Assembly (NCBI GenBank): GCA_905178155.1
Contig: CAJINV010000002.1
Coordinates: 7,671,747-7,735,746, forward strand
Direction of reading: 5' to 3'
Origin: Amoebophrya sp. A120
Lineage: Eukaryota; Protista; Dinoflagellata
Length of the DNA stretch: 64,000 bases
Within the stretch, counting starts at the first letter, position 1; the number at the start of each line of letters is the position of its first letter. The position numbers and the translations under genes are program-made. Shown here one piece after another: positions 12,001-22,500 of this stretch. The notes beneath the pieces are model-generated. The model was not told where the DNA came from. It did no database searches and worked only from the letters and a program-made list of their open reading frames with translations.

Positions 12001-15000
12001 GGGCGCGGCGCGCGCGAAAATTTTTTTTCGGCCGGCCCCTGATAGCAAAAGGAAATAAGGAAGCATCCGCCCCCTGCTCGGGCCAGGGTGTCTGCGTGCG
12101 CGCGGCGCTCCAAATTTTTCTCCCGGCCACAGAGCAATACAGAATGGGCACGCGCATACCATCACCACTGTCAGCGACGGCGCCTAGGGAAGCGCGCGCG
12201 GTAGGCGCAATGCCATTTTCCCGGCGCCAAGCGCAGGCAGAATACGAGAGGACGCCCGCGCCCCTCCAAAACAAAAATCCGAAGCGCGCACCGTGTGCCA
12301 ATTATTGTTTTCAACAAAGAGCAGCGAGAACATCTATGAGAGTCAGAATGTCTATGCGTGAGAATCTCTATAGCGTTTTTAGAAGTTCTATAATATTTTT
12401 TTTTTCTAGACATCCACTCCAACATCTCGTAAAAAAACACTCAAAAATTTCGTGCGGAGTTGAAGATACAGTGAGAGTGTGGGTGACAGGTTTTAGTACA
12501 AAATCGTCAGATCCTTGCGCTCTCAAGATAAAAAAACGAAACTCAGGTACAGTGGCCATATGGTCATGCAGAGCTCGTAGGCGATCGGCGCGGACAGGGC
12601 CCCCAAACGGCCGACGGCCATGCAGGTGGCCGCCCCGCAGGTGCGGATTTCCGTCGGGTACAGTTCGCAGCTGAAAACGTACAGCACCGCGAACCCGAGA
12701 TGTACGGAGAATTTGGAGACGATGAAGCCAAGCTGCAGGAGCCACTCCAAATGAAACGGCCGGTTGTCGATCTCCTCAGTATCCGGGTCCGGCTCCACGA
12801 ATTCCTGCCGCGTGGCCTCGCGGATGTGGCCCCCGACGTTTTTCGCCCCGTCTATGGCGTAGTCCGCGACCTCCTTCGTTTTGTACCCAACCGCGTACGC
12901 CCCGTGCTCGATTTTGCTCCCCAGCGACGCGGCGCCCGCCCGCGCGCTAGCGTAGTACTGCCCGATCGTCGAGCTGTTAGTGGTTCCATTCGTGCTCGCG
13001 GCACTAGCGGTCGCACCTCCTGCAGCTGCAGTTGATGTCCCTCCACCAGCCGCTGCGGCTGGCGCCTGTCCCTGTCGCTGAAGTAGGTTCAGCTGTCTGG
13101 TGCCTGGGGCCCGCTTCTTCATCGTGTTCTTCATCTCGTCGGCCTTGTGCAACAAGGACGCCCGCGCCCGACCGACAAAGGCCTCCTCGGTGTTGAGGCC
13201 AGTAAAGGAGGCTCCCAAACCGGACGCCAGGCCAACTTCAAAATCAGAGGTGGTGATGGAGGACGGAGCGAGACGGACGCGCGGCTCTTTTTGGTGGCTC
13301 CGAACCGACTTCATTTGTCCAAGTTCACCGGCTCGATGCTCCGCTGCGGCTGCAGAAAACTCAGGAAAATCTAAATCTTCCTGCAGAAGGGAATACTAGC
13401 AAAAGCAGAACCTTCCTTGGTTGTGAGCTGAATGAGTCATAAATGCTCAGTGTTGATCATGGGCGATGACGAACAAAGAACCCAGTATTTCTTTTACTTT
13501 TTTCATTTCTCATCAAAACCATAAAATGCAACACTCAGCCCGATCGAGGTCGCTTAGCTGTATTTTTTCTACGAGGATAGAAAGCAGTGCCACTTCCGCC
13601 CTCGGTTTTTTTGCCCTCCTGTAGTTCCCGTTCGCCGCCCGGAGCAGACGAATCCTCTTCGTCCGCCTCCTCGCCGGCGCTGTCCTCTCCGTCAGCCTCC
13701 TCCTCCTTTCTTGCCTCCGCTTCCTGTTCCGGGTCGTGGTGCTTATCCGACTTGTAGGACCTGCGTCCGGCCAAGTCTTGCCTGTCTTCGTCGTTCTCCA
13801 TGCGGTCCAGCGCCGTCTCCCGTCTGTACGCGTTCGCCATGGCGTGCACCTCCGGGCCGTCTGGATCGTAGTTTTGATTTTGCTCTTGTTGTTCATCCGA
13901 CCGCCGAACAGAAGAACTGATCTGACGATTCTCATCCCGCTGCTGCTCTCGTTGTCGTTCGTCATCTTCGGCCGCCAGACCCTGCTGTTGCTCCTCGTCC
14001 TGCTGGTGCTGGATCAGGTTCAGGCTCTTCACGTCTTCGCGCAGCTCCGACGCTTTTTCGGGATCGACCTCAGCTTGTGCGGCTGCAGCAGCTTCGTCTA
14101 CTTGAGACAACTCTTCATCATCCTCGTCGTTGTAGAGCATTTCGGAACCGACGGAATCGTCTTCCTCCGCTTCGGCGGCAGAGAGAGCGCCACTCTTTCT
14201 GTTCGCCACCATCTCTTCCTGGAGAAACATGTACGTTCCTTGCCCCAGCCCCGCCGGTCCGTTGCGGCCGAAGGCGTTGCGCGCGTGAAGGCGGTCAAAG
14301 TTGATGTCTGAGAGCTGCTGAAGCTCTTGCAGCTCTACCGGTGCGGCCTGTGGAACATCTACATCTGCATCGTCGGTGGGATAATCTTGAATTCCTCGAA
14401 GTAGAGTGCTAGGAGTCGTGCCGCCTGTATTTTTTGGCACTTCCAACAGAGAGATTCTGTTCTTCTGCAGCTGAGATGTATGATCAACACCGTGCTCTCT
14501 GTCAACGCCACGACCACCGCCTACAACTTGGTTGTGCGCGTCGCTGTCAGGCTTAGCTTCCTGTTGCGCTAGCTTGTTCCACGCGGAACTCTGCTTCCGC
14601 TGGTTGTCTCCCCGCCTGTCCCAAATCAGGGTGGTTCCGAAGTCCGTATCCGCACCCAAGTCCGCGTTGCTCTCGGGCCGCAGGTCGAGGAAAGACAGAA
14701 AGGGGCTCGGATCATGTTGGTGCAGGTTCGTGGCTGATGAAGATGGACCACTGCCTCTTGTGGTCTCAACCTCCTCTCGTTGGGTGACGGGCGCCGGAGG
14801 AGGCTTACTGTAGATGATAGTGGTTCCCAGTGCTGTGTTGAAGTCGATAATCTTCGCGTTCTTATTTGTGGAAGCAGGGCCAAAACGAGATGAACTGGCA
14901 ACAGTTCTTGCACTGTCATCTGCAGCAGCAGCACTCTGGTCGACTACTTGATCTTCTGCTGTGAGCACCTCCAGGCCCCGGTTTTGCAGCAAGGACAGCA

Positions 15001-18000
15001 GGCGGCCTTTTTCGCCCTTCTTCTCGTCGACGATGATCTTGTAGGGGTTCACGGGCGAAAACGACAACGCGGTGAGGAACAGGAGCACCCCGAGAAAAGC
15101 CAACATCAAGTAGACACACACGCCCGCCTTCCGCGTCATGCGCGAGACGAACATGGTGCCGGCGATGCAGCCCAGCAAGTCCACAAACGCGCCCACCATC
15201 AGGCTGGTCCCCGGCCGGATCCACAGCGACTCCTGTACGTCCGACATGTTCTGCGGCGCCGCGTACATGAACCCGTAAAACCCAAAATTCACCACGAAGG
15301 CGAGAAAGCACAGGAAACTCGTGATCGGCCAGTACCGCGTGGTCAGCAGCCCGCAGCAAATGCCGATCTTTTTCCGCGGGTTCTCGGCTGACAAATCCGG
15401 GGGCAGGTGCAAATCCGACGTGTTGCTGCGGAAGGACCACTTCTCGTGCGTGTAAAACAGGTCCTCGTTGGGCTCGTACACCTCGATCTGGCAACGCCAC
15501 CAGAAAGGCAGATTTTCCTCCGGCGCTGGAGTCTCAAGAACATCACCCACTGCGAGAGCGCCACTAGCTGCGCCGTCTTGGACCACTTCTTCGCTCGCAA
15601 CGAGCTGGCCTGCGTCCTTGTTCTGCTGAATTGGCGATGGCGGGCTCTCAACCACTATGTCTACTTGTTGTTCCGGCGGAGCACCTGGCTGTTGTACCGG
15701 GGCGGCAGGGGCCCCGGCGCTCTCCTCGACGACCGCCAGCGACCCCTGTAGTTCATCAGCGCCCCCTGCCGCCTCGCCCTCCGCCTCGACCTGTTTTGGC
15801 GCGGCAGCAGCGCTTCTATTGCCTGCCGCCGACGTCGCTGCAGCTTCTTCCACCACGTCTTCGTCCACCGTTGCACCTTCTCCCGGTCCCGCCGCTTCGC
15901 CCTCTGCGACAACAGTCGCAACTTTTGCGGCCTTCTCCGAGCGGTGCGCCCCTTCCAAGATCTGCCCCGGTAGGCGGAAAGACCGACCCGGATAATCGCT
16001 AGACGAGCTGCTCTGCAGTTGATCCAAGACCTGCCCCACGCGGTTCACCGAATACAGCAAATCCTGGACCACGTTGTCCGTCAAGGACGCGTTCACATCC
16101 AGCCGGGCCTCCGCGTGCTCCAAAAGTTGGTGCATAAACTGCAGTTCGCGCCCGCTCAGGTCCAACTCGCTGTTGGCAATCAACTCGTTCGATGCCGCTC
16201 TACTACCGACGGCCGCGTTCGCGATCAGGTCGTGGGTCAGCTGCTGGGCCCGGCCGGACAGGTCCAGCTGGGTGTTTCCAACCAGTTCATTGTTGCTGAT
16301 TGTAGCGCCGGCTCCTTCTCCAGCAGCTCGCTGGAGCAGCTGGTCCACGGCACGCTGTGCTGGGTCTCGGGCGCTGTCGGCGGCGCTGTGTAGGAGCGTG
16401 TCGTGCACCTGCTCATTCCCCGAGCTGTCAACATCGGACTCCTGTTGTTCATCCTCACCGTAAAAGTAAAACAAAGGGCGCCCATACTCCGTGTTCGGGT
16501 GCCCGTCCAAGTCCTCCCGTTGCGACGACGCCAGGGCCACCGACCGCGAAACGCCATCGCGCGGGCCGTACGGCTGCGTCGGGTTTTGCTGCAGCTGCGG
16601 GTCGGACCGCGCTGACGTACCTGTGGTCAAGGTGCAGCTTGATGTTAGCGACGTCAACGTTTCGTGTTACGTTCGTTGCAGTTTTATTTTTGTACGACAA
16701 AATCGAAATAGAAAGATTGACGATCGCGACCGGAGATTTTTGATGTTATTTGGTACACTATTGAATCACACTAACAGGAGACGCTGCTGATGAAGTCATT
16801 TCATTCATAGCGGGTCGTGGTTACCTCCAATGACGTGCAGCGGACGCGGATCCACGGTTCGCACTGAGGACGGGCGTGCCGACGAAATGACCGTCGGCAC
16901 GTCGGACGAGGCATCCCCTGTGTCCGGTTGCTGTGCGGCCGCGCTTACAAAGCGCTGCGCGAACGGAACCGAGCGCGTGGGCCGGAGGTTGTTGTAGGTG
17001 GACCGCGAAGCAGCAGCTCCCGCGCCGACTGCTAGCGGCTGCGACGCGGTGCCATCGGTTGTGATCACGCGGCCGCTCGCTCGTGCGTCGCCGTGGTACC
17101 CCGCCAGCACGTGCAGCATGCGCTGCTTCATCTGCGTGAGGGCAGCCTCCATGTCGTTGTCATTTTCCAAATCTTCGACGATCTCGACCGAAGACGCGGA
17201 CTCCCCGGCCGAGCCCTCGCCACTCCGCATCGCTTGCTGGGAAGCTGCAGATTTGTTTCGGCGTGCGGCGTTGATTCTTTTCTTCAGCGCCGGGTCGAGC
17301 ATATGCCGGTGCCCTGCCTCATCTTCCCCTTCAATCGAGGAACTGGACGACGTTGCGTACTGCGTCAGAGTGCCTGGTGATGTAGTGTTGAGAGGATCTT
17401 GCGGTAAGCACTTCATTGTTGTCGAAGTTGCAGTCCTTGAATGCGAATGGCCCGGAAAAGGCCACACAAGTGTCGAACAAAAGATAGCATCAGAAACCGA
17501 AATAAAGAAGGCGCAGGAGCAGGAATCCAGCTGCATGCACCATGCTCGTGGTTGAAACGCGCCTAGTGATTTTCTTTTAGCAAGAAACAGGACACCGGGA
17601 TCAGCTACTCGGTACCGGTAGTAGAAACATAATGACAAGGTCGGAAAGTACAAAAAATCAGCATCCTACCATACAGCCGGTTGACGCTCCGTGTCAGGAA
17701 ATCTGAGCTTCTGGGATCGTGGAAGTAAAGCATGCTGCCGGGCTGCGACCGCGTTGTGGTGTTGTTGTTTTTCCGTCCCTCGTCCATTCCCCCGAGCACG
17801 TGCAGCTGCGGGTTGTCGTCGAAGAGCGAGCGGGGCTTCTGGATCTTGATCCGCAGCGCCTTCTGATCCACGCCGACCAAGCGGCACATGCCCATGTCGG
17901 GAATGCCGAAATTTGGCCGGTTCATGTCCCGGAAGTAGTTCAGCGCCTCACTCGCCTCGCCCAGCCGGTTGTGGTAAGCGAGCAGAGTATGCAGGTGGGG

Positions 18001-19090
18001 AAAAGGAAAACAAAAATTTTCAATAGTTTCCAATAAATTCTTGTACTCAACGATAGCTCTTGCTTTTCTGTCACACATGCTTTTACTTCGGAAAACTTCA
18101 AATGTTGTTGTCCATTTTCCACTGCGAATGACGGAAGTTGCTTGTACTGACATGGAACATTCTTTGATCCTCAGTCATCTGACGCGCAACGCATGGTGTA
18201 CTATTGTCGTGTAGATTTGTTTCACACATCGTAACAGCGCGGAGACTCCTGCAGGTTGAGGTATCCGTAGACGATGGCGAAAAAGGCGGGAAGACTGTTT
18301 GAAAAAAATTTCACGAGGTATTATTTGCAAGGAAATTTGTCACAAGCGTTTTTAGATTGCATCCGAAGATCAGGCTCTTGAAGTGTTGTAGATCGAATGA
18401 CAGACATCATGACCACAGGTACGTTCCGAGAATGGTGAGCGCGCGCCAATCCAGCTGCAGCATGTTGTCATCGTCCCACCAGACCAGGAAGGCCGCGTAG
18501 AGCTCCCCCACCGCGAAGCTGCACTGCGTCAAAACCACCGTGGCGCGCCAGTCCGTCGGCACGACCTCGGAGATGAACACCGTGGCGACGGGCTGCCCGA
18601 TGCCGAACGCGACGCCCATGAGGAAGCGGAAAAAGACGAGCAGCGAGTAGCTTTTGCTCATCACGGACAGGAGCGAAACGAAAAAGACGGAGAGGTAGGC
18701 GATGCTGAGCACGGGTTTCCGGCCCAGCGTGTCCCCGAGAAACCCCCCGAGCAGGTTGCCGAAGAACATCCCGAGGAACACGACGGCGACCACCAGCCCC
18801 CGCTGCCGGCCGTCCAAGTCCCACTCATCCGCGATGGAACGCGTCACCGCGACCAGCAGCAAAATCTGCGCTCCGGCCGCCAGCCACACGTTGGAGGCAC
18901 AATTAGTCTGCGTGGCCTGCGCCGGCCCGTACCCGAACAGGTCCAGCCACGCGTGCGTGGGCAGCCGGCGCGTGCCGGAGTAGATCGGATCGATCTCGTA
19001 CTCATCCGGGCTGTCCTGGTACCGCTTGCGCCGCCGGTAATCCCTCGCCCGGTCCGGGTCCTTCGTCGTCAGGGCCACCCGGTCGGCCAT
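3068..19090 (-). CDS. Giant MFS transporter (sugar-porter/SVOP-like, 12 TM), ~3,415 aa; exons 19090-18423, 18294-~18238, ~17986-17675, 17435-16825, 16620-13619, 13380-12551, 8014-6899, 6719-3068
   Basis: MFS motif A (GFLGDTLGRK), FRFLMGVAFG and SEVVPTDWR in exon 1; QESPR in micro-exon 2; TM7-9 (FLAFVVNFGFYG...SRMTRK); ELYPTEIR...VGRLGAL (TM10-11); LFYIVVLILYAL (TM12). All junctions keep frame. Five are GT-AG and two are non-canonical. Attachment of the last exon is less certain than the MFS core. Confidence 0.75.
4600..6620 (-). repeat. Coding tandem repeat, 126 nt / 42 aa, ~16 copies
   Basis: Consensus QRxQDAxxALRDAIxDAKELFVQDQDELHSKEVLRSQSAIEA. Central copies are near-identical and outer copies are degenerate. 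Confidence 0.95.
8101..8370. repeat. Three consecutive hairpins followed by a TCTAGA-rich 8-bp microsatellite
   Basis: Perfect 13-bp stem CCAGAACCTCTAT-caca-ATAGAGGTTCTGG (8138-8167); two related imperfect palindromes at 8169-8232; then (CTAGAAAT)n. Confidence 0.9.
8428..8800. repeat. 33-bp minisatellite, ~11 copies, each with an internal 8-bp hairpin
   Basis: Unit GAGAAGCTGGAAGTCCAGCTTCCCCGGCTCTAC; GAAGCTGG pairs with CCAGCTTC. The last units are shortened. Confidence 0.95.
8900..12290. repeat. GC-rich degenerate satellite (~200-bp unit) with (GC)n runs next to A/T tracts
   Basis: CCTACGGGCCAAAAGAAAACTAA-like anchor at ~10108, 10322, 10522, 10708, 10903 and 11101; recurrent GCGCGCGC + AAAAATTTTTT. 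Confidence 0.9.
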
Positions 19091-19555
19091 AGTGTAAGAA
19101 CTATAAATGAAACCTTCAAAAGCCGGTATTTCTATGACCTCCTGATGATTATTTCGAGTTCCTGGTCGACGTCGTGCCAATACTAAATCTAAATCGAAAT
19201 ACAAACCAACGCAACCAAATCAAAATCGCCTTGGTGACTGTGGCGCCTGTGCACGCTTGCTTTTTGCACCAGGCATCAGAAACCCCTGGATAACAAGATG
19301 CTCGATCAACTCCCTAAGGTCCGAGTGAGCTCCTCACCATCTCCCTAGGCCCTGAAACCGCACCGCTGCCCGCGCGTGGATTTGTCACGCAAAAGTCTTT
19401 ATTTCTTTGTATTTCTGCTGTTGTTTGTGATTGTGATGATGCTAGATGCCAATGCTGATACCTCCGGTCGTCGCGCGAAAGCATCTCAAGCAGACCACCA
19501 GTCGGATGAAACACGCCCCAGTAGAAGTCGTTCCCGACGATATTTATCCAACACA

Positions 19556-22500
19556 TCATCCCCAGCCGGTAATGATCGGTGGTATTCTTACTCTTGGTTC
19601 CACTCGGCGCGCTGCTCTCGTTCTGCTAGGAGCGACAACGCTTTCGTTTTGCTTTTGTTACAGAAGTAAACAAGGAATAACCTACGACAATTTGGCCTAT
19701 TTTCTTTTCCCTCCTTCGATTTCTTTACACCTGTCACTCCGCAAGCCTCGGACCAACATGATCCGCGACTTAGTCCCCATCCCAACCCAAGGAAAAGAAC
19801 ATGTGAAGAGTCCAGGAAAACGCCTCACAGAACAGAAAAAGGATGTTGAGGAACAGTAAAAATTTTGTTGCTGTGCTTCATGTTCATAGATATTGATATG
19901 GCTGCTCGCGTTCCCTGCCTTGTGCCACGCTCAGAGTCAGATCTTGTAGCTGCTTCATACATTACTGATCGTGAAAGTCGCACTTTATTTCATCCAGGAT
20001 GGGGTTCGCACCCTAAATCGAAGATGTAGAGCTGAGTGACCAAGAATATCGCTCGGTTGACTACTTACGCCGCAGGTGCAAGAGGAGCGCTTCCAGAGGC
20101 GCCAAAACTCTCGAACATCCGAGAAAGGCTCCGCGCGGAAGCCGCGTCTTTATCTTGATCGTCTCCGTCCTCCATGATCCCGGCTAGTTCTTGGAAACCC
20201 GTTCTTGCGTCATGTTGTTCGCCTTCGCCCGCAGCGGCATCCAAGTCGAAGTCCGGCATGTCCGCTCCGAGCGTAGCGTCGAGTACGGCAGGGGCGTCCG
20301 GGCCGAAGGTGTACAACATGAGCAGGTGGTAGTCCTGCACGTGATGCACCAGGTTCCGCCACGCATCCACGATCATTTCGTTGTTCGATAGTGTCACAAA
20401 TTTTTGCACGATGTTCTCCAGCTCCTCCTGCTCGAACACCTGACGACTGGCGCCGAACCAGATTTTCGGGTGCGAATCCACCGGCGGAGGTAGCAAGTGC
20501 TGTTGGGCGGCGGGGAGAGATGAAAGTTGATGGCCTTGAAGATGATGCCCCTTCAAGGAGGAAAGCTCCAGCGGTGGAGGCTGTTCGACGAGCGCAGCTG
20601 TACTAGTGGCGCCGGGGCCGGCTGAGGAGAGCGCAGGTGTAATTTTTCCAGCGTTTTTATTCTCGCCCGTAGTTGTACTACTTTCCGCATCCCCCACAGC
20701 GGCGATTGAAGATGTGGAGGTGGTCGCAGTCAGTAGAGTGGTCGTGATGACGCTTTTGTGCTTCCTACTCGTGGAGGTAGACATTTGGTGTTTCAAGACC
20801 AGGTTGGTGGTCGTGCCGGCTTGTGCTGATTGATGTTGTGCTGCACCACCTGGATATTGAGGCTCCTGTAGCGGTGTTTTATTCCGAGAAAAATCACCTT
20901 CTCCAAAGGACAAGGATAATTTATCCTCTGTAACGATTTTTTCGTCGTCGAAACGGTCGACGCGTGTCGTTGTAGTAGAGGTGGTGCTGGTGGTCGTTGT
21001 GATTCCGTCGAGACTTTTGTCACGGCCGCTCACCAGTTCCGCCGGCGGAGCACTTTGCTCGGCTCCTCGCCCACCGCCGGTCGCCGAGGACGATGCGACT
21101 GCGGCTGTTGGCGTGCGAAGGTCTACCACTTGTGCACCAGACGGGGGAGGTAGTCCCCCGGTGTCGGCAGCATTACTGTCGAGCACGAACAAATCTCCCA
21201 CATCGTCCGGCGGGTCAACAAAGTCGGCCGCCGTCACGCGGGGACTCTTCCGCACGCTCTCCTCAATCCGGGACACATGCTCGGACAATGAATCGCATGC
21301 TGTGCAAAAGCATCGCAGTCCTCGTTTCGTAGTAATTGCGATCTTGAACGACAAGTGCTGTGGATTTTTCTTTTCCTGAAAAAAATTGTAATTTGCAATC
21401 ACGACTACTTCCACGACTACGCTTTTGCAATGCATAATTCAGATCCAAAGAACAGCCCCGGCACCACACCGGACGCGTTCTTGCCGGTGCCGTGCGTGTC
21501 TGTCGGCGTCGAAATCCCGGACGCTGGGCTGTCCGTGTGGTTGCTCCTGCCGGAGGAAAACCGCTGGCTGGGGTGCGGAAGATGCGCCCCAGGAGCGTGG
21601 AAGAGCAGACTGTTGTTGATATTGAATGAAACATTGGTGTTCGCCCCGGTAGAAGACGTATCACCCGGTGCGGCACTTCCGAGTAGACCGCCGGCTGCAC
21701 CACCCTGGTTCAATACGACCTGTTGTGCCTGGTGTCCCACTTGCAACTCCTGGAACAGCCGCGGAATCGCCTCGGGGCGGCCGATCTGGTCTTTGTTTCC
21801 AAACAGCCGCCGCAGAAACCGGCGCCCCGTCATTCGCGACGGGTGGTGGTGCTTCTCCCTCTTCCTCTTGCTATGGTGCGCCGATTGTGCTGCACCTTGG
21901 TGAAACTGGGCGCCTCCCGGTGTGCTGCCCGAACCCGACCGCTGCTGATCCAGCATATTAGATGAAGCATGCTGATTGCCATGCTGCTGTGCAGGTGGCA
22001 GAACTGCGGCTCCGCTTGCGCTTTCCCCGGGCATCAAGGTAGCTCCCGTCGGTGCGGAGCTATTGCCAGGGCGAGAAATGTTGAAAAAGCTTTCTTGCTT
22101 GCTGGGATCCCACGCGTTCTCCAGAACCGTTGCGTCAAGCGGGTATGCATCGCAAAGACACGACAACCATGTTAAGTCTCTCGGCCTTGATTTTCTTTTG
22201 CTGTGTCTACTTGGAAGACGTCTGAAGGACAGGTAGATACAGGGTTGGTGTTGCAGGAAGTAGACATATAGACTTCTAAATATCGGTACTGCACCAGGAC
22301 AACATATGACTTCTGGAATGACGCAACATGCACAAAATGCTACAAGCATTACCTCTTCTTGTCATCTTCAAAGGACCCAGAGCCTGAACCAAAAACACGT
22401 CTTTGCTTCATCCCATAGCACACATTCTCGGATGACGTGCTCCAAAGATTTCCCGGTCGAGGAATCTCCAAGCATCATGGTTTTGTTGATATCCATCAAA

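Larger units (their letters stand above)
8015..12550 (-). other. 4,536-nt GT-AG intron of the MFS gene containing a composite repeat element
   Basis: Donor CCA CT|GTACCTG at 12550 and acceptor AAACAG|G CTG at 8015 (phase 2) restore ...CMTIWPLLFYIVVLILY, joining TM11 to TM12. Confidence 0.8.

Noticed and set aside
8809-12301. Many Arg/Ala-rich ORFs on both strands
   Set aside because: Artefacts of a stop-poor GC satellite inside an intron.
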